From contig NC_058383.1 in NCBI RefSeq assembly GCF_018350175.1, positions 19,222,001 through 19,286,000 of the forward strand: a stretch of 64,000 bases of DNA, given 5' to 3'. Of this stretch, positions 38,936-52,500 are shown in pieces. The translations under genes were made by a program, and so were the position numbers. The DNA is from Felis catus (taxonomy: Eukaryota). The notes under the pieces were generated by a model. The model made no database searches. It was not told where the DNA came from and saw only the letters and a list, made by a program, of their open reading frames with translations. The stretch's first letter is position 1. Each line of letters begins with the position of its first letter.

Positions 38936-41900
38936 ATGCACACACATGTGTGCACCTGTGCACACGCATGCGGAGCAGAGCAGAGACTGGGGAGCCTCCC
39001 CCTGAGTCTGAACAGCCTCTCCTGCTCAGAGAAATGTCTGGAATTAAGCTCTCCCGGTCACCCTGCCTCCCATCCCCGAGGAGGGCGTCTTAATGGGGCC
39101 TCCTGAGGGGAGGGTCGGAAGCTGTTGAACGAAAGGTAAAGATTTGCAGGCCCGGCTTTCTTGAATGCTTAATGTTGAGATCTGCTTTAACGACAGACCT
39201 GTTGGACTGGACTCCAGGAGGAATTCAGCTGCACTGAACAGACATCCCGCCTCCCTGGGGAAAGCCGCGGGGGTGGGAGAGAGAAAGTCCCGGGGCTTCC
39301 GGAGGGAGGACAGCTCCTGCTCCTCTGCTGGGGCCCTTCACCTTGCTCTGTGGCATGGCCCTCTCCGAACGTGTTGATTCCCTGACTGCCTCGTCCGTGC
39401 CTGCCTCCTTCCCGTGTGCATGCTGCTGCCAGAGAAAGCCGGGAATGGTCTCTCTGGTTTCCACTGGGTCCTGGCGCCTGGAACCTCAGGGGCCCAATAA
39501 GGTATCTGACCGACCCTCCCTAATAATTACGTTGCCGATCACAATGCAGGATTGTACTTCCTGTTGCCGGCGCTGTTCCTGGGCCTGGCCTGCACGTCCT
39601 CGTCGAACCCGGGCTGCACTCATTAAGAAATCCACCAGGGTGGAAATTGACGCCGCAGTTTACTGGCTGTGGGTCCGTCCCCAGCTGTGGGTCACCTCGC
39701 CTCCTGGAGCCTCAGTTTTCCTGGTTGGAAGATGGGCTGACACCTTCTTCGCACTTTTGAAGATTACGTGAGATGATGCAGCGGAGCATCTGTAACTAAA
39801 CCAGGGCCCCCCTTTCCCCAGCCACACCCCTGCCAGAAACCTCCCTGTACAGGGCAAGTAAGACACGCTCCCTGCCCGAGAAAGGGGCACAGCACGTGCT
39901 GTGCTCTTGGCGGCCGCTGGAGAACCCAGCAGAAAGACGTGCTTTGTTTGGCCCCCCGGGGTGGTTTCCACATTTTTCGATTTTGGCTGAGTTGTAAAAA
40001 TCAGGAGAGTTCACGTTAAAACATCCAGGCGTTTGCTTCTCACGAGAAAGCGGAGGGTCTGGCCTCGCTGGGCCCCTGTTCTTGCGTGGTGTCTGTGGGC
40101 TGGAGGGAGGAGCAGGTGCCCCCGGGGAGTCCTCCGGGCTCTCCATCACCCGCCTTGCCCCTGCCTCGGCGTCTAGTGAGCACCCCAAGCATGGGGTCTC
40201 TTGGAGGTGACGGCAGGCCGAGGGCCTGGGCCCACCCCCGGGAGCTAGAAGATAGAAGGGCTTTCAGAGATGAGACCCTTGAGCCAAGTTTTGAAAGACA
40301 CGTGCAGCGCTCAGCGGCCAGAGGGCGGTGGGTGAGAGAAGGCGTTCTCAGGCTCAGGCAGCAGCATGAGCAAAAGCTGGCGGGGGGGGGGGGGGGGGGG
40401 GGGGCACACAAACGTATTTAGGAAAAGCTGAGCAGTTTGGTTGACTTAGGAGTGGGAGTTGGACCTGGATCCCCGATCTCTCTCCTCCTCCCACAGTGCG
40501 GGGGCGACGGTGTGGGCTGGGAGCCCTCCCCAGGCCTGCTTCCTGGGGCCCAGCCCTCGCTGGTCCCTGGAGGCAGACACGGAGCAGCTAGATGCCAAGC
40601 CGGGGGGGAGGGGGGCGGGGGGAGATGGGCCCGGGCATGAACGACTCCCACACCGTCGAGGGGCTGAGCCCCACTTTGCCCATCCCCCTGCCCCGTGCAG
40701 AGGGGGCTCTCTGCTTTCTGCTCTCCCGTCTGTTGTCGGGAAGCTCTCGGAAAGGTCTGTGTCCACTTCGTCATCTCTCTCTCACCGCACAGCCCCCCTG
40801 CAGTCTGCCCTTTGCCCCCCCACCCCCACCCCAAACAGCTCCCAGGGGCCCTGACGCTCAGCACGCACCCTCCTCCCTCGGCCCCACCCACTCCCCTCCC
40901 CCCCCCCCCCCCCCCGCCCCTGTTCTGTTAAATGGCAATGCTCCCAGGGCTCCTTCTAGGCCCTCGTCTGTCCTCAGTTGACGTGAGCCTCAGTGGCCGC
41001 ACATGTGCCAGGACTCCCACACTCTTAGTCAACCCCAGACCGCCTCACTCCACATCCATCTGCCTCTTTGTTGCTGCTACTTCGGATTCTCAAAAGCACC
41101 TAAAATCAGCAGGGCCAGGACCGACTCACGATGGTCTCCTCCAAACCCGGTCTTTTTGCCGCATCTCTCTGCCTCCTGGTCCGGCGTATTGGAGCCAGAC
41201 CCCTGCGGACCCTGCGTGGTCTTCCTGCATCTGGCCTCACCCCTGCCGTCAGCCCACCCCCTCCCCTTCTCTGCACTCCTAGTCTCCGGGCACCTCTGCC
41301 CCCAGCTTTCTGCCTAAAACACCTCTCCATTTCCCGATAGCTTCTCGCCATCACCTATGCGGCCACTGCCTAGCTTCACTGAGGACCCCGGTCCCCTTCC
41401 CCTGTGTGCAGCACCCCCTGGGCCCTCGCAGTCCCCCAGCCACATGGTTCCCCTGCCTGCAGGTAGCTGCCGGACTGCCGTCCTCTCTGCCCGGAGTGCC
41501 CCCCACTCTGCTGTGTCGAGGTCCAGCCTTCAGGTGGTGCCTCCAGCCTTGACCCTGAGCTGCACAAACCCCCATCTGTCCTGTAACAGCCCCGTGAACC
41601 GTCCCCCGCTGCACTTAGTTCTAAGCCCGCAGGTACTCAGCAAGGTCCACGGGGCAGGGACGCCTGTCCACTCACCTGTTTTACCCCCCACCAGTCTTAT
41701 GGGTAGAGTGTGCGGTTTCCCACTGTTTCCCTGGCTGAGCTGAACAGCACCCCGCCTCAGGTGTGCCCACCGCCCTGTAGGCCGACGGAGGGGCTTAGAG
41801 GGCACCACAGGGCCCCGGGAGCCCCCAAGAGGCCGTTGAAGGTGAGGTGGGGGTTCCACTTTGTGCTAGTGATTATTCGTTTTTTTTTTTCTTAAGTCGC

Positions 41901-42887
41901 AATTTCTCACCCATGTGGTTCTGAAAATAATCTCAAGGCGCTTTTCTCTAGAGGTCTCACTTAAAACCCTAGTATCGGAGAGACTGGAGAGAAAAAAAAA
42001 TTGTCAACTGCACGTAACCATCAGGGAAGGCATTGGCTACGTGGATATTTATCTTTTCTGTTATTTTCCAAATGTTTCTTTCGCATCATGATGATACCAC
42101 TCACGAGATGGGAAAAGCAAAAAAAAGGCATCATTTGGAAGAACTCATTTATTTCCCCCTATTTTGGAATGGCACTTTTGATAAGACGTTGTGGAATCTT
42201 AATTTCCCATTTGTGGTCATCGGTTTGCCGACGTTTCTTGTAATTCCAGCCTTTTATTCCAGTGCACATGGATCATTTCAGAATCACGGTGTCCTTTGTC
42301 CTCTGCGACTGTCCCCCGATCTTTAGCCTCTGAGACCCATTCAGGCACGACATCCTCTCACCCGGCTGTTTCCGCGGCCAGCAGTGCGCCTTGCGCTTCC
42401 TCACTCTTTGTTGGGGTCCTTTGAAATCACCGTGTATTCTGGAGAGGAGTGTGACGCCCAGAAATGGGAGGTGGCCCTGTGGACACTGCGGGACCCCCGC
42501 CCGGCTCCACGATTAGGCCGCCGGCCGCCGGTGCGTGAAAAGAAAGCTAAGCGCACAGATGGGCCCTTGAAGTGGAAAGCGATCGAAGGGGAGGGGGGAG
42601 CACATCTGGAAGGAACGGCCGCTCCCTGAACTCCCACGTGTTCTGGTAAATAACAGCCAGCTGGAGGGGACATGAGAAGCGGGAGGGAGCTGGCTAGGCT
42701 CCCCCCTCAGCCCCCGGCGCCCTCCTGCCCCACCGGCACTGCTCCCAGCTCTTCGGTGATGCCCATGTGTAGCCAGGACTGTGGGGGGGACCCTGGAGGC
42801 CTGGTCCGCTGGGCCGCAGCCCAGGATGCAGAGGGCGACCGGGACGAAGCTTCGCGGAGCCCCACACGCGCCCAAAGCCAAGGGTCC

Positions 42888-43058
42888 GGCGACTGGCTCC
42901 TCAGATGTGATCCCAGGCCAACGGCGGCGTCAGCCTCGCCTGGGAACCTGCTAGAATGCGGCATCTCAGGCCCCGCCCCAGACCTGCAGAACCCTAATGT
43001 GCGTTTTAACCAGCCGCTCCGGTGACTGGTGGGCACTACTAAGTCCAGGAAACACGGG
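42888..43058. mobile_element. MER5A-like DNA transposon
   Basis: CTGGGAACCTGCTAGAATGC...TCTCAGGCCCCGCCCCAGACCT...GCGTTTTAAC. Confidence 0.65.
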
Positions 43059-43256
43059 GGCCGGAGCACAGAGCAGAGGGCGGCCCGCGCGTGAGTCAGG
43101 AGGCGGACGTGGCCAGCGGGTAAAGGAAGGCCCCGCACCCCAGCAGCACTCAGAGTGTGGCCCCCGAACCAGTGCCCATTTGCAGACATCCACAGTGACG
43201 TGAGGACAGGAGTTGAGGTCCAAGTTTGGAGGCTCTCGCAGAAAGTGGAGGTTGCC

Positions 43257-43498
43257 GGGGGCCTGGGTGGCTCAGTCGGTTGAGCGTCCGACTCTTGATT
43301 CCGGCTCAGGTCACGATCCCGGGGTCGTGGAATCAAGCCCCGAGTCCAGCTCCACGCTGACGGCACAGAGCCTGCTTGGGATTTTCTCTCCATCTCCCTC
43401 TGCCCCTGCCCCCTGCTCGAGCATGCACAAGCTCTCTCAACAACAGGAAGGAAGGAAGGAAGGAAGGAAGGAAGGAAGGAAGGAAGGAAGGAAGGAAG
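43257..43498 (+). mobile_element. Can-SINE whose tail is followed by a (GGAA)n microsatellite (43446-43498)
   Basis: SINE head GGGGGCCTGGGTGGCTCAGTCGG; about 13 GGAA units. Confidence 0.92.
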
Positions 43499-44531
43499 GG
43501 CTGCTGGGACACCCGAGCTTGCTCTTCGTATGTGGTTTTCCCATTTCATTTTCTAGTAACTCATTTTTATTGTATTTTATTTCAAAAAATTGGTCCAAGG
43601 TCGATTGAAGATCGAGGGGGGAAACGTACGTACCAGTTCATCCCTGGAAGTGGCTGGTGGCTTGGAAAACGGAAGCCAACCCTGGCATGGCGAGAGAGGG
43701 GCCGGCTTTGAGGATGGCACAACAAGGTCACAGGGGAGGGAGGATATTCTGGAAGGGCTGTGCTGGGGAGGCCCTGGGGCTCCTGTCACAGCAGAGGGAA
43801 GGCCTGGCAGAGCCCCTGGCTGTGGCGACTCGACCTGCTGTGGCCACGTTTGGCCCTGGAATTAGGCGGGCAGGTACTGGGGGGCCTCCTGAGGAGGCGG
43901 GACATCGGCCTCACTTGCCTGTAGGACCTCGCAATGCAGGTGGGGCAGGTACCACCCGGCGGGGTGGGAGGGGGTGGTGCGGCTGAGAATCCCTGCAGGA
44001 CACGGAGAAAACACTCAAGATACGAGGACCGATAAACCTGAGTTCACGCGCAGTCCTGCCACTAGCCAGCCGCGGGGCTGGAGCCGATGTGCTCCGTGGT
44101 CAGTGACGTCACACCGGTCCCTTCGGATCAGCCACGCCGGGAGTAGTCACCAATGCCGCAAAGCAGGGCTCTTGCCCTCAGGGTTAACCTGCGCCAGCAC
44201 ACCGCTAAACCCGGGGCAAGTCCCTAGCCTATCCTGCCTTTAGTGTTCACGTCTGTAAAATGGGCATGATGCTAATGGCGGCGGTGGTGGTGACTTTGGT
44301 AGGGATGCAGGTTTGCGTGGGTGCGCACAGACCCCAAATAGTGGGGATTGAGACAATTTGCGAGTTTCTTCCTGTCGCGCTTGAAAGTCGGAGCGGGTAC
44401 CGCGGTTCCTGTCACCCTTCCCCGGGGCTCATTCACTGGGCACCAGCCACAGCATCGACTGACTGTGAGTTTCTGCTCTGACTCTCCTTGTCCCCACTTT
44501 GGGAAGACTCTGTCTCTTCTGGGGCGGAAGG

Positions 44532-44629
44532 CTCCTCTCCTCCTCTTCCCCCTCCTCCCCTCCCGCTCCCCCTCCTCCCCTCCCGCTCCCCCTCCTCCTC
44601 CTCCCCCTCCTCCTCCTCCTCCTCCTCCT
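44532..44629. repeat. Polypyrimidine (CCT)n/C-rich low-complexity tract
   Basis: Direct inspection; nearly purine-free on the + strand. Confidence 0.9.
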
Positions 44630-46220
44630 GTGGGTGCCCTCTGCTCTGAATCCAGAGATACCTGATGCCTTGAAGCCTTTTCCCTGCTTTTTCCAAAACA
44701 CCCCTTTCCTGTGGCAGCACGTGGCTCAGGTCTGACTGATGGCATGGAAGGAAGGAAGGGGTGTGTGGCTCTTTTTGAGGGGCGGGGATTGGTGAGCATG
44801 TTAAAATACCATGCTTCCACGTCAGAGGCTATGAGGTGAAGTCACAGAGGGACAGGCCATAAAGGCCCCGGGGGATGAGGGCGCTGGCGACCATCGTAAT
44901 AACGGTATCGGGAAGAACTCTACACAGCGCTTTACATGGAATCCTTCAGCTAATCCCGAAGCCGCCTCGAGAGGTAACCTTCTTCTGCCCATTGACCAGA
45001 GGAGGAAATCAAGACTCACAGGCGATCGGGACATGTCCAGACTCAAGTAGCTCACAGAAGAGACGCCCAGCACCCGCAGAGGGAAGCGCATGGTGGGGGG
45101 GGGGGGTTCGCTGCCCCTCCCCCCACCCACCGCCCGCCCTTCTGAGCACTGCTTCGGTCCCAGCACCCCCCATTTCCCCATCAAGGCCCTTACTGGGATT
45201 TGTGGGTAATTTCTCACACCACCGTTTAAGAAAGAAAAAAAGCCTGTCTTCAGAAAGCACATCATATTTCCTCCAGGACATCACAGGTCAGGTCAAATGT
45301 AATTGTCACCTGGTGCCGTTAGCCATTGTTTCTCTCCTCCGCACGGTGGAAAGTTCTCTCCTTTCCACTCCCCCACGTGGGCTGATCTCAGCCTCGGGCC
45401 GTCTGCGCGCCTCCTCTCTCCCTTCCTTCCCGGCTAACCAAACGCTAGGCGAGACCCTGAGGCCTCCGAGTGGGGAATGAGCGAGATGGCATCCTCTTCT
45501 CTCGGACTCCAAAGCGTACCGGGGAAGAACGATTAAGCAGGTTTGCGAGCAGTGGTGGTGAACCTGTCTGGCGTCCTCACTGCGTCAGGTGCCAGGCTCC
45601 GGGCTCCGCACTCGCCAGCGGGGCAGTGTGCTTGTCCTTACTGTCATGCTTACCGCTGTGTGCCCGTTGCCACATAGAAACCGCTAGACCACGGGATCCA
45701 GGTGAGCCGCACAAGGCCACGCTGCCTGCTAATAGGGCTGCCGTCGGCCGCGATCCCTCCTCGCCCAGGGCACGGGGCTCAGCCGTGCCCCAAGCATCCC
45801 CTCGTCCTCACGTGTTTCCTGCTGGGAAGCACTGGGGGGCTATGGGAGGGCCATCAGCCCGTGCCGTGACTGCTGCCACGCCTTAGCCCCTCACGAGGGC
45901 CCGCAGATCTGTTACTTTCATGGACGACTCAGGTAGAGAGGGCTGTGTGGGAGCAAGGAAAACAGCTATTTCCAGAATGGCCACACGGCACAGCAGAGAG
46001 ACAGACCTGTGTGAGTCCAGCTCCCCGTCTGAGAAGTGAGCAGGTCCCGTGGCCTCCAGCATGTGGCTCCAGTGGCAGGTGCGGGCGGGCTCCCTCGACG
46101 CAGCCTCTGCTGGTCCCAACAGGTGGTTCTCAGCCCTGGCTGTGCGTTAGTGTCGCCTGGTGATTGAAACCTCCCAGGGTGACTTCGGTGGGCCTCCAAG
46201 TGGAGAACCCTTGTTAAGAC

Positions 46221-46440
46221 CAGGGGTTAGCACACTGTCTCCCGAAAACCAAATCTCGCCCACCACCTGCTGTAAATAACCTGCTAAACAACACGCTCAT
46301 TGGTTTACACATGGTCTGCAGCTGCTTACAAACTACAGGGGCAGTTGAGTAGTCGGGACAGAGACCGTATGGCCAGAAAGGCCTCACGTATTAACTATTT
46401 ACTACCCAGAGCTTTACAGAAGAAGTTTGCCAACACCTGG
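46221..46440 (+). mobile_element. MER58A-like element
   Basis: CAGGGGTTAGCACACT...GCAGTTGAGTAGTCGGGACAGAGACCGTATGGCC...TTTACAGAAGAAGTTTGCCAACACCTG. Confidence 0.65.
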
Positions 46441-47784
46441 TCTAGGCAGTTGTCCGTCCTGCCAACCTTCTGAATGAACATTCTCTAGCCTAGAATTTAG
46501 CGTGTTAAGTTAGGATTAATGTGAGCTTAAGGGCAGAGGCCCCTCTGAGTGGTACCTGTGGCCCCCAAGCCCAGCACAAGGCCTGGCCCCAGCGAATGCT
46601 TACTAATTGGCAGGTGTTCTTTGATATGTTAACTATTGCACTTTGAGCTTCTTGGCCTGGAGGTTTGGGTGACCAGGGAGGGGAGGGACCATACCAGGTG
46701 GGGCCGGTTCTCTCCTTAGACACCAGCTCCTTGGCGCACTGACCCCTCTCCCCAGGGCTGAGGGTCCCGGCAGATCCCAAGGAGAGGTGCACAGCATGAG
46801 GCCTGGTGAAGAATGATCTCAGAAGATAAGAAGCCGTGAGAACTAGGAGCCTGGGGTAGATGAACAATCGGTTCAAGGTTAAGGCTGTGAAACGCAGGAG
46901 GATGTTCAAGGCCCATTACATGACGGGGCAGGCATCTGTTGACCCAGAGTCACTGGACAAGGCCAGAAAGATGGCCCTCTGGGACAGGGATGGGCTCAGC
47001 TACACGGTCCAGCCTGCATCCAGCGTTTGAGTTTCACAAATGGTGATATTCTTTCCTTGATTACCTCTGGGGATGGGGGCTTAGCATCTTGCAGGTTAGA
47101 AGCATGAGAAACTGGACAAACCCCTAAATATCTGTCAGTAGGGGACTGAATGTTAACTGTTCTTTCACATACAATATGAGGAAACAGACGAGTGAGGTTT
47201 ATGAGGTTTACGTGTACTGACGTGGAAAGATGTTGGAGATTTTTGTGGGTAAGAAAACAGGTTACAAAAGCATGTTTAATTGGAGACTCTATATGTTAAA
47301 AAAAAAAAAAAAGTTGACTTCTGAAAAGGTATATACTAAACTCCTAACAGTGGTGATCCCATTACACGGAGGTGTCATTATAGGGGGACTTTTGCTCTAT
47401 TGTGTGGGAGTTGTAGTTGTTGGAATAAGCCCGTGCTATCAGGAAAATAACAAAGATGCTTCTACTAGGGATGAAAAAAAAAAGAAGAAAAGAAAAGAAA
47501 AAAGAAAAAAAAAAAGGACATTTTTCCTTGTACAGAACCTTCTCATAGCATTGACGAGGCTATCTGCCGATGATGTCTGCCTTCCTGTAGCGTTAACACT
47601 TAGGGCTTTGTTCTGCTGTCTGGAACCATCCAGGCCCTAGAAAATATTTGTTAAAAAAACAAAACACAACAACAACAACAACGACAAAAACCGTGTTCAG
47701 AGTTTGCTCCCTGGCCAGCCTAGGCCTAGCCCCTCAGTACAGTGGGCAATCTTGGGTGCCGTCATACAACACTTGTCATTTTCT

Positions 47785-48005
47785 TTTCTTTCTTTTTTTT
47801 TAATGTTTATTTATTTTTGAGAGAGAGAGACGGAGAGGGAGCGGGGGAGGGGCAGAGAGAGAGGGAGACACAGAATCCGAAGCGGGCTCCGGGCTCCGAG
47901 CCGTCAGCACAGAGCCCGACGCGGGGCTCGAAGCCAGGGCGCGAGATCACGACCTGAGCCAATGTCAGATGCTTAACACACACTTAACTGCGTCAGCAGG
48001 CGCCG
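47785..48005 (-). mobile_element. Can-SINE
   Basis: Perfect 18-bp TSD CAACACTTGTCATTTTCT (47767-47784 and 48006-48023). Confidence 0.95.
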
Positions 48006-49438
48006 CAACACTTGTCATTTTCTGACTCGTGTGCGAGCTGCCTTCCTAGCCGATCGGAAGCTCTCTGAGGGCAGAGACTGTGAAGTGACGTAGGCACTTC
48101 TGTGGTGCACCCAGCATCTGGTGTAGATTACACAGAGCAGGTCCTTTGGAAGTTCTTGTTGAGTGAATGAATGAATGAATGAGCAGTCCGAGGGAACCAA
48201 AATGATCAGTGCATGAGTGTTCCTGTCCCTTCTGCTGGTCATTCGTCACCTTCCCATGTCTCCTTCTCTAGCCCCGCGCATCTGGACACACTGGGCAACT
48301 AGACATAAGACGCGCTAGGAGGAATCCGAAAACGGGGGTGGGGCATTTGCCTGGGAGAGGACGGAGACGTCCCTGCATGAGAGAAACGAGGGTGTCAGTG
48401 CAAAGAGGAGGCGAGTGGAGGAGTGCAAAGCAAGTAAAAGGCAAAAAGGAATTGAGGAAAGATATCAACATGTACGGCCATGGGCGGTGTTCTCCCGCAG
48501 ACACGATCATGATTGGAATTGTGTCTACCTCTGGGGACCAGACTGTGCTCCTGGAAGGGTGATGCTCCTCTGGACTGGACCAGGCGGAGCTCCGCAATTT
48601 ATCTGGGTTACAAAGAGGCGAGCGCAATGTGGGAACACGGCCCTGCCCAGTCTCGGGCCCCAGCAGTGCTGGGCCAGGGGTGAGGGTTTCCGTGTGCAGC
48701 TGCCCCCACCAGACCCTCGTCAGCCTCTGCTCCGTGCTTCGCATCTCTGCCACACCAATGCCGGCCCCCTCTGGAGCTGCAGTGATCCTGAGACGCCAGA
48801 GGAGAAGGCAGCCACGCACGTTGGTGGGAAGGAGCCACCTTCCAAACCTGTGCCAGAAATCAGAGGGCGGGGGGCTTTGTTTATGCGTAGACATGCCTCG
48901 AGGAAGTGCTTTGATTTAGTGAAGAAAAGAGACCCAGCTGATAGGAGTCCATTGGCCCCAAATCAGAAAATAGAGGGAAGCAAAAATAAGGCTACAGATT
49001 TAATCCCTCTATTCTCATTATCTAGGGTTAGTTCCTGTTAGCCTTTCGGTATAGATTCTGCCAAATAATCTTTTGTGCGTCCCGGTGTATACTTTTTAAA
49101 TCAAACTGTGCGCAGTCTTTTGTCGTGTCCCGTTTGCGTCTTTTTGTGAGAACACGTGGGTTGGCGTCCCTGCTCCGCCTCTGACTTATTAGCTGGTGGC
49201 GCTTGACTGGTCTCATTAGCATCCAGTGCCTCCGTTTCCCCATCGACAAAGTGGAGATAATGACGACCATCGAAGGGGGTTGCGGGAAGGCTCCCACGGG
49301 GCAGGGGGGGTGGTGGCACAGAGTTACTTTGCACAGTTGTTCTCGAGGGGAAAGGACTGTACCTTTGTTCAGGTCCTGGGTCTCTGCCAACTCAGCTGGC
49401 TCTTTCTTACGCAGGCTTTTGGGTCCTTTTCTTTCCAG

Positions 49439-49509
49439 GCTCGAGAAGGGGGATGGGCTCGAGGAGGAGGACCTTCACTTAGATTGTCGCCACGAGAGAC
49501 ACCCTGCCC
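49439..49509 (+). CDS. GSG1L: GSG1L coding exon (probably exon 6, 71 nt): (R)[23 protein letters not shown](R)
   Basis: CTTTTCTTTCCAG acceptor and CC|GTAAGT donor. In frame with both neighbours. Similar to recalled human [23 protein letters not shown]. Confidence 0.93.
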
Positions 49510-52500
49510 GTAAGTGGCCTCGTCTGCGGTAGCCCGCGCTACAGATTCGTGGGCCATCCGCGGAGAGGGGACCCCGGAGATGAGCCAGGCCCGCCTCTCC
49601 CCGCACCCCTGCTCGCTCCCGCAGACACACACCGCAGATGGGGAAACCGAGGCCCGGCACCTTGGGCTGTAGCAAGTCTTCTGCACGCGGCGGCCGTGGC
49701 CCTCTCGCCATGGGGGTGGGCTGCTGGGAAAGCGAGAGGGACGCTGGGTGCCTAAGGGCAGGCAGGCGAACCACAGCTCAAGTCCAGGTTGGGTTGTCCG
49801 GAAGGGAGGACAGCTCCGGGCTCGACGGGAGGTGACAGTGGGCAAGATTTGGGCCGTGGAGGCGTGTGGCAGCCAGAGTGCACTGTCTTCGTCTACCTGG
49901 CTGTGGGGGATGCATCGGCAGAATCTAGGGCACCCATTAGGAAAACAAAGGTCTGAACCAGAAAGCGAAGGGAGGCGAAAGGAGAGAGGGCCTTGTTCCA
50001 GACGGAAGAAGAGGGAGCCAACGTGAGATTAAAGTGAAAGTGGCAACATCTCAGCTAAGCCCGCCGGATGCCCACCTCACCCCCCTACCAAGGGCCTTTC
50101 ATGCCTGATCTCAGATGCTTGCTGACCCCGAGCATGTTGCAGTTGAGGAAATTAAGGCTCAGAGAGGTGGGGTAGCTTGCTCAAGGTCACACAGCTTGGC
50201 CACCTGTGGCAGAGCAGTTCAAGCAGACGCTGTCCGTGCCTGCTGTCTCAGGGCTTGTGGGAAGCGAAGTTTCAGTGCCCTCCGGCTGCCGGTATCTGCA
50301 TCGCTGTGCCAGGGGGCTTCCCCTACCTGCGATCACAGAAGGAGGGAAGTGCCTGGGGAGCTCCCTGCGTGGGCTCGCTCCAGGCCTGTGTTTGGCCTGG
50401 TCCCCTGCAGGGTGAACAGATCCGGGTAGTGGGTTCCGCAGCCCTCCCGGGGCTGGCCGCCTTCCTTCTGTGCACCCTGCACCTCCTTAACATCACGCAC
50501 GCTCCCGTCCCTACCGCAAGGTCTGCTGGGGGAGACTCACACTAAGACAGTGGAGGCTTACACCCAGGTCTGTCTGACCTCAGGTCCCGGGAACTGAAGG
50601 AGAAATGGCTCAGCTTGGAGGGAGGGGCCTGGGAGGAGAAGAGGAGAGGTCTGGTCCTCACTCTGGGGGCTCCCGAAGGACGCGCTGGCCCGGTGAGGTG
50701 GCCAGAATGCCAGTGATCTGCCTGAGGAACCGGGGTGGGGGGGCTGCTGCAGTGGACCCTGGCTCACACACTGAGATTGCAGGCCAGGTGTCTGTGCTGG
50801 AGTGGAGGGCTTCCTGGAGGAAGGGGTCAGGAACCAGGGCATGGAGGGGGCTGGGGAGGGCCCACCTCAGGGATAACAGGGGGGTGCAGAAATCCCTCCG
50901 AGGGGCTCAGAAGTCACGTAGTACGGACGAAGGCTGAGAACCCTGGCCGTGTGCAAGTGCCATTGGCTCCTGCTTGATCCTGGGCCTCCCCATACTTCCT
51001 GTAGAATGGGTAGGAAGCTCTGGGTGGAAAGAAGCCACGGGGCCTGTCTTGGGGGCAGGAAAGGCCAATCCCTGAAGCCCGAGGACGAAGAAAGAGTGGA
51101 GGAGACCCAGTCTGGCTCTAAGAGCAAGCCCCGGAATTAAGAATGAGGACACCCAGGGAGGGGGGAACTGCAGAAGCCCTCCCCCCCCCCCAGCCCAGCC
51201 CCCACGGTCCTCACCCCTGCCCTGGTGCCCATGTCATCTCCCAAGCAGCGTTTCCTCCCCAAGACAAGCATCACATGCAATCACCAGGTCCGCAGCCAGC
51301 AGAGAATCCATTATTTGTTCCCTCAAAGACACAGCCATGAGCGACAGCAGACGGAGGCCCCCACCTTGCGGGGCTCACCGTCTAGGGGGAGAGAGAAAGT
51401 AAGAAATGACTCAGGAACCAACATGACAGTCTCAGGTACAGACCAGGCTTCAGAAGGATCGGGGGAGCCTGATGAATGAGAAGGGGCCGGCCAGGGGAAG
51501 ACCCTTCCGGCAGAAGCTCGCAAATGCAGAGTCCCCGACGGAGGAGGAGCCAGGACTAGAGGCCGGTGTGGCCGCAGCAGGGAAAGCAGCGATGCTGGCG
51601 ACCGACCTTCGGCAATAAAGATACAAGTGGGTGGGTTCAGGAACTTTCTGCTGGCAGAACTGTCCGAATGGCTTCCTTTGGGTTCTCCCCGAAGCAGAGC
51701 CAGAGATCAGGATTCAGCAGCGAGCCCCTGTCTGGGTGAGCCCAGAAAACACAAGAAGGAGTGGGGAAGGCAGCCTAAGCAGGGAGAAGCGGGCGTCAGG
51801 GAAGGACACAGTGTGGAGGGGACCACCTTGAGCCCCGCGGGGGGACGCGGGCAGCCAGTGCAGGACGCACATGTCCGAGTTATGGCTGCAGATTCAACAG
51901 CGGATCCCCTCGGGCGTTGAGGGCTGCTGGGGGTGGGGCACGGTGCCTGCGTTCCCCTGGGGCGGGTGGGCGAGCCCTGGCGCACTTGGAGGTCAGCAGC
52001 CTGTACCCCCGCGGGGGCACCCATAGCATCGGCTTGTCTGATTGGAGGTGAGGGGCGGGGCAGTCAGGGGCAGAAGTTTGCCCCAGCCATCGAGGGTCTG
52101 GCGTCCCCGACCGACGGGTATGGAGAGGACAGGTTGGGGCGGCGTGGTGTGCGGTTTGCGTGGGGTTGAGGGGCCTTGCAGGGTGGGAAGGGAGGTAGTT
52201 GAAGCCGATGAGATCCTCTAGGGAGCACACCTGGGGTGGGGAGGGACGGCGAAGCAGCCAGATCCTAATGCCTTGGGGGTCACAGAGGAGCCATGGAAGG
52301 TGGTGGGGAAGGGGCTTGGGAGGGTTGCCTGCGGCCCCCCGGAGGTTCGGCGGATCCCCACTCCTTGGATCCCATAGCCCAGGGAGTGCCTTTTATCAGG
52401 TAGCCCAGCCGGGGTAGGGGGGAGGATGGCTGTCCACCCCAGGGGCCACAGGAGGCACTGGGGGCTCCAGTAAAGCCAGGAAGGGAAAGATCCCATCTGC

